A stretch of DNA of 64,000 nt from the human T2T-CHM13v2.0 reference genome, Homo sapiens (GCF_009914755.1 NC_060930.1); one strand, 5' to 3'; shown: positions 15,550 through 32,994, counted from the stretch's first letter. Numbers and translations: made by a program. Notes: generated by a model not told the origin, from the letters alone.

Positions 15550-17930
15550 CTATCCTCATTCAACATTATGTTTTTGAGATATATATTTTTGAATTGAATA
15601 GTTTATTTATTTTCAAGATATATAGTCAGATACTTCACAAATTATTCTAATGTTGGTATACTGTGAAATTTTAAATTGTTGAGCTATGAATAGTGCTGCT
15701 ATAGACATGCTTGTATGTATTGTTTGATGTACAGAAATGTGCATTTCTGTTGAGCATTTAACAAAAAAGTACTTAGAGTTCTATGTTCAGTATATGTGCT
15801 CTACTGATTATATATTTTGCAAGGATTTTCTTTTTACTTTGGGTATCTTACTGTTTTAGTTTTTTAATGGTGTTTTTTAATAATCAGAAGTTTTTCATCT
15901 TAATTTATACCAATTGATCAATCTTTTCCTTAATAATTAGTATTTTGTTGTTGTTCCTGACTTACTCCATTTTTGAAACTATATTTTAGTATTGACATTT
16001 AGATCTACAATCCACCTGAGATTGGTTTTTATATAGTCCCAAGTATGTATCAGTTTTTATTTTTTCTCTATGGAAATCCAATCGACTCAGTAACATGAGT
16101 GGAAGAAAACTATCCATTCTCCACTGTTCTGCAGTATCGCTTCTGTCATAAATCATGTCCATATATATGTAGGTCTGTTTCTAGACTCTCTTTTCTGTTC
16201 TACTGGTCAATTTTTCTATCTTTGTACCAATATATCAATGTCTTAAGACTTACTCTAAAAGTACAGTATTTAATACACAGTAGAGTAAGTCCTCCTACTT
16301 CATTTTTTCCCCCTTAACATTGTTTTGGCTGTGTGTGTGCATGCATGTGTGTGCACACAAGGGTGTGTATGTGTGTGTATTCCTGGGCTCTCTCTCTTTT
16401 ATTGGTTCATATTTCTACCTTTGTGTCAATATTACACTGCCTGATACTGATACTGCCTAATGCTAACGCCTTATAATTATTGATATTTTGTATAGTAAAT
16501 TACCTTACTTTGCTCAGTTTTTTTAATTGAGATAATTAAATATCTCTTTCTTTCTCTCTTATGTGTAATGAATTATGTTTGCTGGTTTTCAAAAGTTTGG
16601 GTGTATTCTTGGAGTAAGTTTAACTTGGTTATGATATATGGCTTTCTTATATAACAGTGGATTTACTTTTCCATATGTTAAGGAATTTTTACATACAGTT
16701 AATAAGGGATAGACCTTTCAATTTCAATCCGTGTACTGCTCTGGTAAGATTTTAGTATCAAGCCTATGCTGTCCTCACATTCAGAAAGATTGTGTTACAC
16801 TGATGTTATATCTACCTTTTATGTATGATAGAATTCACTAGTATAGCCTACTGGGCCTGAAATTTTCTTTGTGTTTTCTTTGTGGAGATGATAAATATGG
16901 ATTACATGTATTTAGTTGATATAAATTATCTATGATCATGTCTGTTTTGTCACATTGTATTTTTTATAGGATTTTTTAATCTAAAATTTCAGTTATTGGC
17001 AAAAATGTTTCATAATTTCCTTTTGTTATTGGTATTGGTTTTGGAACTCCCACATCTGCCATTTTTTGGTATGGTATTTGGCTAATTGTGTCCTTTCTAA
17101 TTTTGTTTTGTAAATCAATGTTGGTAGAAAGCAGAAAATTTCAAAGAACACACTTTTGGCACTGTTGATAGTCTCCATTCTCTGTTTTCTACTTCATTGA
17201 CTTCTGCTCTTTATGATTTCCTTCCTTTAACTTTCTCTGTGCTTTATTTACTCTTTTGTTTCTAAGGTTTTTAATCTAACATGCGCTTTCAGGATAGAAA
17301 ATTTTTTCTAAACATAAATTTAACCATATTCAACAAGTTCTATTTTTCATTATTATCTGTTCAAAATATTTTCTAATTTCCTTTGTGATTGTTTTCTTTG
17401 GCCTCAGTGGTATTTAGAATTGCATTGTCAAATTCACAAATACACAGGTATTTTTCTGGTCATTTTTTAATATTCTAATTTTAGCTCAAATTGAGATTGT
17501 CCAGAAAATATTATCTTTAAACTTTTAATAATTTTATAGGTATTTAATAATAGGTATTGAAGGTAGATGCCAGGAAAGGCCAAGTAACTGCTGAACACCA
17601 TAAAGTTGTGGCTGACCTACATTGATATTATTTACATGCTTACCACATTATTACACAGCAAGTTTTAAACTTGAACACGTGTTAGGAGACAGAAGGAGAG
17701 GGATTAAATAGGTCAATCCTGTAAATGATTCTCTTTCAGTAAGAAACTTGAACACGCGTTAGGAGATGGAAGGAGATGGATTAAATAGGACAATCCTGTA
17801 AATTATTCTCTTTTAATTCTTTGAAATATGTTGACTCAGGCTGCATTGCCCAGCATATGGTCAATTTTAATGATATTTTCATGACACTGGAAAGTCTGTT
17901 GTTTGGTGAAGTGTTCTTGATATGTGAATA
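15550..17930 (-). mobile_element. Old L1M-type fragments (several), highly diverged
   Basis: T-rich antisense ORF2/3'UTR-like motifs (ttagatctacaatccacctgag, aggtctgtttctagactctc, gcccagcatatggtc). Boundaries and subfamily uncertain. Confidence 0.55.
17563..17814 (+). repeat. ~160-bp copy of 20428-20590, followed by a 77-bp-period tandem duplication of its 3' part
   Basis: gtagatgcc(a/t)ggaaagg(c/t)caagtaactgctgaacacca... occurs at both 17563 and 20428. aaacttgaacacg(t/c)gttaggaga... occurs at both 17667 and 17744. Confidence 0.88.
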
Positions 17931-20427
17931 TTGTCAGGTTTTACACACACACACACACACAAATATACACACGTTCAAACATATTTATCCACATATACAC
18001 ACATACCACAAATATACAGACATCCAAACACATTTATCCAGGTTTATAATACATTTAGAATAAATATAATAAAACAGTGAAATCATGTCTATGATGTATG
18101 CACCTTTTTTCTTCTTGAGAAAATATTTACACATATTCTTCAAATCCTCCTATCTGTATAATGATATAAACCTCATAGACCTAAGACCAGGTATGGTCAT
18201 GCAGCCAACTTTGGGGCTTTGATAAAGAAAGCTTTGACAATTTTTTGAAAATATCAATGATATTCCCTATGTTAAGACTATGGGAGAAAAAATGGTTCAA
18301 CATTTTTAGAAACCACTGGATATTCTTGGATTCTGTATTTAGAAGCAAACTAGAAGCTTTCTGGGTTAATTACTTCTTACAATTAAACTGTTAAAAATAT
18401 CTGAGGGAGAATATAGCTTCCAGGAAGCTATTCATTAAATGATAAAAATAAAAAAGCACAACTGCTTTAATAATTCTCTAAAATTTAATGTTTGGAAAAA
18501 GTTTGTACTGTTTTATGATATTAAAATAGCAACAATAGTTATTCACTAACACTTTGCTAATGAACTCATTTCTTATAAATGAAACACATTAAGATATCAA
18601 ATATATTTATTTGATCTTTGATTATGACAACTGAAAGACTAACATAAAACAATATATATGAACTCTATGTTTTCTTTCCTTACTATACAAGCAATATAAG
18701 CTCATTATAAAATTTTATAAAAATAAACAAATTTACCCAACATCCACACTTGGCTTTTATAATTATATCAATTGACCTAAAATATAGGTCAATAACTATA
18801 TATCTGGATTTATTTTCTGGTTTTCACCATTTTCTCTTATATGACTATATCACTATTTAAGTGAATCCCATTATTGTCTATTTAGTTTATTTTTTGAAAT
18901 TATAGAATCACCACCACAATTATGTAGTAATTAATACTTGGGAAGTCATCTCACCCTTGTTTAGTTATTTTCTCATAAGGAAAATTTATTCACTACAGAT
19001 GAATTATTGAATCAAATTATAAGCAATTTTAATGATTTGTCATCAAATTGCTGGCCTGCTCTGCAAACTTTGTACCTGTTCATCTAAAACCTACAATTAC
19101 ATAAGCCAATTCCTTGAAATAATTTTTTTAATATAAGTTTTCTGTTAGTTCTGTTTCCCTGGTAAGACCCTGACTGAAATTTTGGTACCTGATGTATGGA
19201 GAGTATCAAGATGACTGAATTTTTGACTCATTGTACAAAAATATCTCTTATATTTTCTTATTTGAAGCTGTGTTAGTGCTGATGGAGTATAAAATCTGAC
19301 TTTTTAATCGGAGCTGGTCCTGATAATAGTTTCTGTTAAAATCACAATTCATGTCTCTCTCAAATAGTATTAGCTGCATGGAATTCAGTTCCTTAAGATT
19401 TTCTGCAGAACAGCAATGGATCAGGTGATTAGCCTTTGACTATCAACTCTAAGCTAGAGAATTGCTATGATTTTTGAAATAAATAAATGAACAGAAGAAA
19501 AAGGATTTTGGGGAAAAGTGAATATATCATGAGGGAAATTATTTATAGATATATTGCATTTGAGGTTTTTCCTTGAAAGTTAGGATTTTTGTTATTTTAG
19601 AGAATTTCTATTCATTGTCACAGAAGGTAGTCAGCTTCACCATCGGGAATACTATTATCTATATAATAATTGTGCAGGTTTTCACCTTTGGATAAGTATG
19701 GGAATTTTTCTTTCATACTTAAAATTCTTCATGGTTATTCTTGTTTTCAAAGATATTATCTTATCTGAAATAAATTACCCATTGTAAATGAATACAAGGA
19801 TGGCACATCATCTTTTCTCATACATATATTCAGAGAGCTGGCAGCTATGTTGCAGGAAGATGAAAGGTAAGCACGCCTCCATTATACCTACGTAGGCCAT
19901 CAGGTTTTCTTTGTCATAGATGCAATTCTAATATTTCATCTAGCAGGTTGTTATTTTATTCAAGAGGCACACTTTTTAACAGCAGTTGTATCTTTCCCCT
20001 TAGGCTTATTAGAGCAGAGGCAATCTTGTGCTGATTGTGCTCGATTGAATCTGACTGAACATAGAAAAACAGTCCTACAACATTATTGTTTAGCATTTGC
20101 TGATGAACAGTTTGCTTAGCTCACCATGCAGTGTAAATTTTTTCCATCAAGGCTTTTTAAATGCTTTCTCTAAAATCAGCACCGAGGGTGCTTTAAAGGT
20201 CAAATGAGCAGAATAGTTTTTCTTTTTTGCATAATTGTATGTAAAACTCTCTTGAGGACCACTGGTGTTTGAACTACCTTTAATTGTTCTTCCAAACTTA
20301 CAGTGATTGTTCAGGTTTGTCATTTGGACTGACATAACGGTAATCACTAACTACTCTCCACTAAATAGAGTATGGAAGAAAAATTTAGTGAGCCATGAAT
20401 TCTATCCATTAAGTTTATGTATTCAGA

Positions 20428-20590
20428 GTAGATGCCTGGAAAGGTCAAGTAACTGCTGAACACCACAGAGATGAGGGTGACCTACTGTGATATTATTCAC
20501 ATAGCTACTGTATCATTACACAGCAAGTTCTAAACTTGCACAGGTGTTAGCAAAGACTAAGGAGATAGATGAAATAGGCAAATTCTGTAG
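20428..20590 (+). repeat. Second copy of the ~160-bp local dispersed repeat
   Basis: Aligns by eye with 17563-17724. Confidence 0.85.
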
Positions 20591-22799
20591 ATAAATATTC
20601 AAAAAGGCAGAAAATAGCAAAATTCCATCGTGTTGGAAATCAACTCTCTCATCTGATCATTTTTGAGCATTACAATCGTCAACCTTCAGAAATTACTGAC
20701 TCAAATCTTAAGCTTAACAAAATTGTTCTTAATTGAAAGCAATAAACCTTCCTATAAAACCTGAGTATGTGTGTATCTACTTTGTTGTTTATCACATTTG
20801 CATTAAAAAATTGATTCCATCAGTCATAAAAATATAAAGGAATTAGTATGAAATAAAAGCAAATGTATGCTTTTAAGAAAGATTCAGGCCTGTAAGTTGG
20901 CTATTCCCACAAATATAAATAAAAATTATAAACATCAACTTAGATTTTTGATGAAGACACACTTTTTTTATTGATACATGATACTTGTACATATTTATGG
21001 GCTACATGTGATTTTTGGGGCAATATTTTTATCTTAACAAATTACCCCATATATCTACAGATATTTTATATTTAAGTAAATATAAAATATATTCATTAGC
21101 TTAAAAATACTTATTAAACTGCAACTACAAATTGATTTTTAAAGGGATTTAAATAGATATAGTGGATATTTCTGTTAGGGAGACTTATTCAATTCTCATA
21201 TTTATTCAAGTAATTTCCACAGGTGACATGGAACTGTCCCCAGATTCCACTATATCTTGTCATATCTCTGAAAAACTTAAAATGAATTTCCTCACTTAAA
21301 ACTTTGAATGGTAGACTATTGCCAAAAGAATTAAGTCTAAACACGTTCATTTGGAATTCAAGTCCCCATGTTTCCTGTTTAGGCTTTTCTTATTTGGTTA
21401 TCTATATCTATGACAGCTCAACAACAGAAATTTTATGCTGTACTTGTCAGTCTCTTAGTTATCTTACCATGTCCACTCGTCTATGAATTCTTCTGGCCCT
21501 TTGCTGAATCCTGTTTCCCCACTTGCCAAGGTTTTTATTTTGCCAACTGATATATTACTTATAATTAAGACTTTATCTAAGATCCACCTATTACCTAAAA
21601 AGTTTCTAATATTTGCAGTCTTAGTGATCTCTTTAATGTCTAACACCATTAAAGTGTGCCACTCATTTTTGCATTCAATTACATATTGCTTTCTCCTTTT
21701 ATGTGATTGTATGATATTTATGTTTTGTTTCTCCAGTAAAAAAATAACCTCTCAATTGGCAGAGTTGTGATTTATCCATCTTTGATTTCTTAATAAAACT
21801 TAGGCTTTTGATTAAGGACTTAGAAAATAAAATTTTGAGTTTTAGTTGATAGGAAAAACTGTGTTCCTAGAAATGTACCACATATTCCCTTCTATCCTAA
21901 ATAAATGTGTTTCTAAGGTAGTGACCTTTTCATTTGCAGGAAGCCATCAAGTTGCTAGGTGCTTAAATGGCACCTCCTTCTATCACAGATTGCTTCTGGT
22001 CTTTATGTTAGGATCAGATCATTCGTTTGCCCATGGGGCTTCCCACTGGCAAAGTAACTGTTTGCATTCATTGAGCACTAGTCAGATTTCCTAACATTGA
22101 CAGGCAATTGAACAAAGATTAGCTAAAAATTTTGAATTCAATATTAAAAATACCATGCAATTCAATTGTTCTCTGGCAAATTCTAAAGTAAAGATTATTC
22201 TGGTTGATTTTTTTCTTTTAGGGTACATACTCTTAAGAACCGTGTAAATAGACCTTCTTTTTCCTTTTGTGTTTGTATGTGGGACAAAAAATATTTCCAT
22301 ATCGTGTTATGATTCTTCTGAAAGGACTGCTAGAACTTCAGATCTTTCCACTGAATAGATTTTAAAATATGTTTTTGCATTTGTGATTGAGATTAATTAT
22401 CAGTGATATGGTTAATACTCCACATTAATCATTGTGATTCTAATTATATTATATTTCAGGAGCTGTAAAACAATACTCAATAATAAAATAATTGACATTA
22501 GATTATTAAATACTAAGATCATTGAAAATTTAATCAAGAACAATATATCCAATTATCGTTATCATTATAAGCAATTAAGCCACATCTAGTAATATTCCCT
22601 TGAGATAAAATATAGACTTTATAAAAAGAAAACACCAAGAGAACTAGGTTAATTTAGCATACATTTATATTTTATATTATTTGGCAAAATTGTGTAAAAA
22701 TATTTAAAAATATGGTACTTGACAATTTATGAATATTCACAAAATATGTCTGAAATTTTATTTTTCTTAATCATTAAAAGGATAAAAAAAACAAAGTAA

Positions 22800-23093
<294 letters not shown>

Positions 23094-23810
23094 TGAAAGT
23101 AACTTTTAAATTTAATTTGCTAGATACTTTTCTTCCTATCATGGGCAATCCTGAAAAGAATATTGGGTCATGTTGTGAACACCTCCAAGCCTTCCTCAGA
23201 TCAGCAAGAACAATTCAAGAAAACACCAGAAGTAGAGGTGATAAAGCAAGACTGCTTATGTAGAGAAATAAAGGGAAGATCAAAAGACACCTTCAAAATG
23301 ACATGTGTAATGCAATTTTCCTCTGAGAAACTGGATTTTTTCAGAGGAAAATCCAGTTTTTTGTTCGTGAATCCAAAAATCAGCCCACTGGGTGGCTGAG
23401 ATGTTGGGAGCTTGTGTAGGGCTTACCTTGAAAGTGTATTTCTTATATTCTGTGCTGGGGGTGGTTAGCCTATTACAGTTTCAAGAGTGATGGCTATTTA
23501 ATTATGTAAAATTGGGGAGTAAATCCCTAGTCAGATTAGTCACATAATTAAGTTTGATAAAGCTCAATATTATAGTTGGGCATTTTTAGCTCAATCTAGT
23601 TGCATATCCACAACAACTCATAAAATCTATTAGCCTTCAACAATGTCACTGGAGCTTTTAGGTTACTTTGCTTTAACACATGAGGGATAAAATAGACAAT
23701 GAGGCATACTCATTTGAAACCATATATGCTGTTGATTCATCTGAATTTAATTTCAGAAACACACAAATTATTTTTGTTCCCTAGTCCTTTTTCTAAATTG
23801 TAATATAGAG

Positions 23811-23814
23811 TGTG

Positions 23815-23851
<37 letters not shown>

Positions 23852-23865
23852 ACGCACGCGTGTGA
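23811..23865. repeat. (TG)n microsatellite
   Basis: About 16 TG units followed by cacgcacgcgtgtg. Confidence 0.9.
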
Positions 23866-24399
23866 GCTTTTAAGAGGAAATAGGGAAAGCCTGGTCTTTG
23901 GAGTAAGAAAGGCTCCATTTCAAATCCCAGCTTTACCATTTATTATCTAGCAGAATTTTACTTTTTATTTCTCAGATAGGTATTTTAAAATACTACCACG
24001 TGTCAGGCAAGACAGTCCACGCTGGATGCAAGATTAACAAAACAGCATTAGGGTCCTTCTTTTGTAATTCAAATCTCAAGGGAGAGGACAATATGCATCA
24101 AACATCAAGATGCTTAATGGGGTTGGGGACTGATTTAATCTGAAATGTCAGGGAACACACTCCAAAGGAAGTGAGATTTGAGATGGAGTCTAAATAATAA
24201 ATAAGAATCAGTGGACTGGCAGAATTAGGTAAGAGTGTGCCAGGCAGAGGGAACAGTATATACAAAAGTTCTTGGGGGCAGAACGTAAGAAGGCATGAGT
24301 TGAAATAAATCCTGAAGAATTGATGCAGAATCATACCATGTGTGGGAACATTGATGGGGAAAATGGGATTAGAGAAAAAGTCAAGGCCACTTAACTTTT

Positions 24400-24601
24400 T
24401 TTAACACTCTTATTTATTTTATTTTATTTATTTTAAAGTTCTGGGGTACCTGTGCAGGATGTGCAGATTTGTTACATACGTAAACGTATGCCATGGTGGT
24501 TTGCTGCACCTATCAACACATCACCTAGGTATTAAGCCCAGCATGCATTAGCTATTTTTCCTGATGCTCTCCCCGACTATTCCCCCAACAGGCCCCAGTG
24601 T
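24400..24601 (-). mobile_element. L1PA (older) 3'-end fragment
   Basis: T-rich tail, then gttctggggtac..gtgcagg...gccatggtggtttgctgcacc...ggccccagtg. Confidence 0.85.
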
Positions 24602-24751
24602 CACATTCAGTTTTCACATCCATGAAGTGACATGTCTAAAGTTATTGCTAAAAATGTATATCTTAATTAACCCATCCTTTCATTGTCAAATAGGAGACTT
24701 GGGAAATTAGAACAAAGTTAGGTGTTCAGTGGATGTTAGTTTTCTTCTTAA

Positions 24752-26902
<2,151 letters not shown>

Positions 26903-27115
26903 GGGTTCATCAATTAATATGGAAGATAACACCATTTATGGCAAAACAGAGGTGCTGGAATATCTTGGTATACTTGATGCTAATGAAAGAAGTGGGGCTT
27001 CTAATTCCTCACAGGTGATATTAAGCCAGATTCAGTACTATACAAATATAAATTGTTTTCAAGGAATGTTTTATATGCTATTTTAAGAATTAGATACATA
27101 CAATTTAAAATATAA

Positions 27116-27463
<348 letters not shown>

Positions 27464-28189
27464 GCACACATTATTTTTTTTTAAAAGGGAATACATAACA
27501 GAGGTTTACCATAAATTATCTTTGGAGTATTATTTCTCCTTATTCTGCTCTAAACCTTTGGAGAAGGAATGGTTTAATGGAAGAGCAAATGGAGAATAAA
27601 TAATGAGTTAATAATAAATAAATAAATAATAATAAATAATGAGTAATAAGAAATGTTTTCTCATTACTATGTGTTTGAAACATAATGCTTTATAGTTCAA
27701 GGCCTGTAAGACCTTTAGATATAAAATATAAATGTGATTGTGACTGCTACATAAAAGAAAGAAAAACATTAAGTCACACTATGCAACTCAGCCTCCCTCC
27801 AATCACCTGAGGAGGGAGAGAGGATGCCTAAGAACAACATGAAGGACAATTCTGTGACCAAATATTTTTAAGTACGCTGGTACATATATTTCCACAGTTT
27901 TAAAAATCTGAATGCTTAAAGGAGGTGTATATCTGGGAAAGTAGTGATTCCAAGACTTGAGCCCCAGCTGGGGTACAGGGATAGTATAAATCCCAACACA
28001 GGGTATTCTCCTAAAACTGAGTTTGTCTTTTCTAGAAAGCCCTGCATAACATGTATTTCTGTGAGAAAAAATACAATATAGAATGTATTCATTCTCCTGT
28101 GAGAAGAGATACAAAAACCAAACTTCTGTAGTGTCTGTAGGGTACAGAGAATTGGTAAACTCTGAAATTATACCATAGTCAATATGACT

Positions 28190-28895
28190 CTTTTGTTTTT
28201 TCTTCCAACTTGTATTAGGTTGGTGCAAAAGTAAGTGTGATTTTTGCTATGTTGAGGGCATACATGTGCACGCTTGTTACATGGGCAAATTGTATGTTGC
28301 TGGGGTTTGGTGTACAAATGACTTTGTCACCCAGGTAATAATCATACAAACCAATAGGAAGATTTTCATTCTTCACACCCTCTTCCCATTCTCAACCTTC
28401 AAGTAGGCCCTGTGCTTATTGTTCTTTTTGTTTCCAAGTGTACTCATTGTTTAGCTCTCACTTATAAGTGAGAACATGTTGTATTTGGTTTTCTGTTCTT
28501 ACTTTAATTTGCTTGGGATTATGGCCTCCAGCTGCATCTATGTTACTGAAAAGGATGTGATTTCATTCCCTTTTATGGCTGCATAGTATTCCATGGTGTA
28601 TATGCACCACACTTTCTTTATCCAGTCCACTATTAATGGGCATCTAGGTTGATTCCATATCTTTTCTATTGTAAAAAGTACTGCAATGCACATATGACTG
28701 CATGTGTTTTTATAGCAGAACAATTTATATTCCGTTAGGTATATACCCAGCAATGGGATTGTTGGGTTGAATGGTAGTTCTGTTTTAAGTTCTTTGAGAA
28801 GTCACCAGGCATGCCAGACTCCAAAAGCAATTGTAACAAAAACAAAAATTGACAAGTGGGATCAAATTAAACTAAAGAGCTTCTACATAGAAAAA
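28190..28895 (-). mobile_element. L1PA15/16- or L1PB-like 3' fragment with a short inverted 5' piece
   Basis: Antisense 3'UTR and ORF2 end at 28190-28810, abutting plus-strand ORF2 (ccaaaagcaattgtaacaaaaacaaaaattgacaagtgggat...) at about 28812-28895. Confidence 0.8.
28213..28250 (+). mobile_element. Half MADE1 / Hsmar1 terminal inverted repeat
   Basis: TA-TTAGGTTGGTGCAAAAGTAA(G)TG(T)G(A)TTTTTGC matches the Hsmar1/MADE1 TIR. Confidence 0.75.
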
Positions 28896-30997
28896 GGTGA
28901 TCCTTGAGAGCATAACACAGTTTTGTTTCTTTTTCTTTCCATTCAAAGAGCTGGAAGTTTAATCTAGCAAAATGCGAAGCAATTCTTACCAAGACATGGC
29001 CACAAATAGACCATGCCACTGGTCATGAGGCTTTGGTTGAACTAACTTCACCAATTTTATATGTTGATTATTAGAATCTGAAAAAATGCTCTTATTATTT
29101 TGGGCGCATTGGCTTGTTTCAGAAAGTAGAAAGCAAAATGAAACCTGAGTAAAGGTAAGAGATACATGGTTTTTGTTCAGGGAAGCTAGTAACACACACT
29201 ATGGTAATTTGTTGATATATCAATTTATGTTGATAGGTCTATAGGGTCTCAAGTACATTTATGCACATTTTGATAAATCTAAATTTTTTTAAAGACATGT
29301 ACTATGAAAGTGCTCTTAGTGAGGATTTATTTGGGAGACAAAAGGAGGGAAAACAAATTAATTTATTTAGGGGTAAGTTTATATTTTATATAGCCTGGGT
29401 TTAAAAAATCCAGCACTACCTTTAAAAGTAACTAGTGATTCTTATCAGTAGAGGGGAACACAGACGAGTTACTCTTGGGGCATTTATAATTGTAAAAATT
29501 AGGGCATTCATGGACTCTTAAGATTTAATAGGACTGTGTTAGTGCAGATAAAAAAAGAGATTCAGGGCATTTAACCAGGCAGGACCCATGAGTCTGTGAA
29601 TTAACACAACATTTTAGGGTCCTGGCTAACATTTTATCTTTGCATCCAACAGTCAGATTCTGTTCTGCAGCATTCCCTGATGGCTGATGGAAACTCAAGT
29701 TAAAAATAAAATCTGATTTATTATATTTTCTTACCATGGAATGAGAGTGAATCCTCAAAATAGTATCTGAGACTGAATATGATTTTTATTATACCTAGTT
29801 TCAAGGTTTTACTAACTGAAAATGAGTCGCATTGCTATCTTGTCACTATTGGGAATCTTCATGTCCAATGAGCCTTTTACTTCCACTGAAGCAAGAATTG
29901 AAACTGTCTCTAAGGGGAAAAGATGGCTAATAATCACTGCCATTGAAAGACAATCTTAGTTGGATTTAAATGAAAACTAAATATTTTTTATTATCTGGTT
30001 CCAAATGCCATTCTATCTTTCTTTCACAGTCATATTTAAATCTAAGAAGCCCAATTCATTGTTGTGTGTATGTATTTGTGAGGAAAGCATGTTTATAATA
30101 TTTTCATAAAACATGAAAAATTCTGTCTTTGTCTTTTAGAGTAATATGACAAATAAAACACATCAACTCTAGCCAGAACATTGGCTTGACTGAAATATTA
30201 CATGGTCACCCTGATGTGTATATATTGGTTTTTACTGTGTGTCTATGTACTCTCACCTACTATGATGATAAACTTTCTGTGCACTGTTAAAGGACACTTT
30301 CTTTCCTCAGACAAAATCTGTAACATTTATGCTGAGTGAAAAACATTAGAATTTTGGATACTCAAAATTTTTAGTTGGGTAGTAATCTTTATTTTAATCT
30401 TGGTTTTAACTACCAGCATAAAGTTTAATCAGCTTTTAAGAAAATGTGGACTGTTTTAAGTCTTTAGAAGCTCAAGATGAATGATTTTACACATTACAAA
30501 GTGTATGTGTGGGGATAATCAGGAGAGAAACACTGAATCTTCCTTAAAGGGATGTTGAAAAGCCATAGTTCTATTTTTAAGTATGACAGCTATTTAATGA
30601 TATATTGAAGATTTTATATAAAAATTAACCTGACCATTCACAAATTATAAAATAATGGTTTATATTAGAAGTTAGAGAGAAAATGATTACAATACAGCAT
30701 CATATAACACCATATAGGAGAAAAATCTTGACAATCCATAAAACATAAAACAGTAACAAGCAGAACACAAATTATTGAAATTAGGTTAAAGTCTCTCAAA
30801 TTTGGAGAATTAAATAAAAGACACATGTGAGAACCAATGACTCAGAAGTAAGTTGGCAAAGTTAGATCATACAAATGGAATCCAAAAAATCAGGTCAAGC
30901 ATTAGCATTCAGTAGCAATCAAAATTCAAAACAGAAAATAAGACAATTAGGCTCATACATTTATAAAAGTCACAAAGCAGTTTAAATATATAAAATA

Positions 30998-31242
30998 GGC
31001 TGAGTGGCATGGCTCAAACTTGTAATCTCAGCACTTTGTGAGGCTGAGGCAGGATGATCACTTGAGGCCAGGAGTTCCAGACCAGCCTGGACAACATAGT
31101 GAGATCCTACCAATATACAAAAGTTTATTTCAAAACTAGCCAGGTGTGGTGGCTTGCACTTGTAGTCCTAGCTATTTAAGAGGCTGATTTAGGAGACCTC
31201 CTTGAGCCTAGGAGTTTGAGGCTGCAGTGAGCTATGATTACG
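30998..31242 (+). mobile_element. AluJ, 3' end replaced by a TA-rich repeat
   Basis: ggctgagtggcatggctc...ggatgatcacttgaggccaggag...gaggctgcagtgagctatgat. Confidence 0.85.
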
Positions 31243-31245
31243 AGT

Positions 31246-31418
31246 GTATATGAATATACACATATATGAGATACACATATATGTTTGCATATATGTATAT
31301 TTGTATATATGTATGTAATATATACACATATATATGTATATATGTTTATATATGCATGCATGTATGTATATATGTTTATATATGCATGCATATATGTATA
31401 TATATACAAGTATATATA
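31246..31418. repeat. Degenerate (TA)n/(TATG)n low-complexity tract
   Basis: Alternating purine-pyrimidine TATA/TATG/CATG units. Confidence 0.85.
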
Positions 31419-32960
31419 AAATGATAAATGTGTATTAGTAAAATCTGTTATGAATTCAAGAGGAATGAATTGATATCCAAATATAGCCTAGAAATTTAAT
31501 ACTTCATTACTAGATTATGAAATAAACTGAAAAAATAAATAATATAGAACATTTGAAAAATATGGCCAATAAAATGTAATTAAAATCTATATATCAAAAT
31601 TTTGCCTATACACAGAATATACATAATTTTCTAATATCCACAGAATATTTTATATTTGTTTTATATTTTGCAATCAATAATATTTTGGTAAATTTTACTA
31701 AAAGCACACAAAAATTAATCATTCTTTGACAAACTAGTGTAAGAAGTTTTAAAGAAAAAATGTGAATAGCCTATTTAAAACAATTGTTCCCAAACAAATA
31801 ATGAAGAATGAGGACTCAGGCAATTTAGACTGAGGAGATCTTGAAAGGTCTTTGTTAGTATTTATTTATCTAATGCTGTGTCTACCTAATTATATCAGAT
31901 GAATATTGGGGTTGGTAGAGATATATAGGAGGATGCATAAGTATAGAAGAAAAGGAGAAGGCATTTGAGATGCTGAGGATGTTAATAATGGCAAATTTGT
32001 TTTTCAAAAATAGTAAAAGTTGATGTCTAGTAATATACTCATTTAAAAATTTTTTTTCTCTCTTTTCCTGAGGAACCTCAAGTGTGTCAGCTGTGAAGCA
32101 TGTACTGTATTCTTCTGGTGGAAATTAGCATGGCCACTATATCACAAATGGATATTATCGCAAAAGTTAATTGTATTACTAGTTCTGTTTAAAGATAAAG
32201 AATCAGACATGTGCAATTATCTTCTATCACCTCTGCTTAGTGAGATTCAACTTTCTTTTTCTTTACTATGAATAAAACAAACTAAAAATTCACAAAGATA
32301 TACAAAATGCACGTGTATATAAGTGGATGGTAAAGTTAAAAAAAAATAGAGACAAAATTTTGGATGGAGAAGTGCTAACTAATTTAGCCGAATTTATGAT
32401 GCATGCCTGTGGAGGAGGATACTAGTAGAAGAGAGCCAGCTTATTCCACAAAACTGCTAAAAGGCCAAACTCCTATACAGGCTGCAAGGAGCAGGATTAA
32501 AACTATGGATACTAGTTGAAGCTTATGTTCAGGGCAAGTAAATTCCCCTTCCTCACCTTGTGCAGCCATATATTCCCCACTCTCCCTTAAAGGAGATTAG
32601 ATATTTATCCCCTCTACTCTGCCATAGTTTTGGCAGTGGTTCTGATTCTCCACCCTCCAAACTCCTGTCAGATAGTGCCTTCTACAGAGCTCCAAGATCT
32701 AGGCTATGGTCATACTTCCTCCTTCTCAGGCCTGCAGTTGGTAATGGCTTCTCAGCCATCATTAGTCTCCCGATGCTTCCCTTGCCAATGTCCAAACATC
32801 TATAAATTATCTTTTCATTAAACTCTGTTTAAGCCCTTTGAGTATAAATGTATTTGTCTCCATCTGGGACCATGATTGATACATCAGAGAACAGACAAAA
32901 TCTTCAAAAAACTGTAATTGAATAATATCCTCAGGGAGAAAACAGAAGGCTATTCTTGTC

Positions 32961-32961
32961 C

Positions 32962-32994
<33 letters not shown>

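Noticed and set aside
17667-17814. Possible CRISPR-like or regulatory array
   Set aside because: Only two adjacent copies with no repeat-spacer structure, in eukaryotic DNA.
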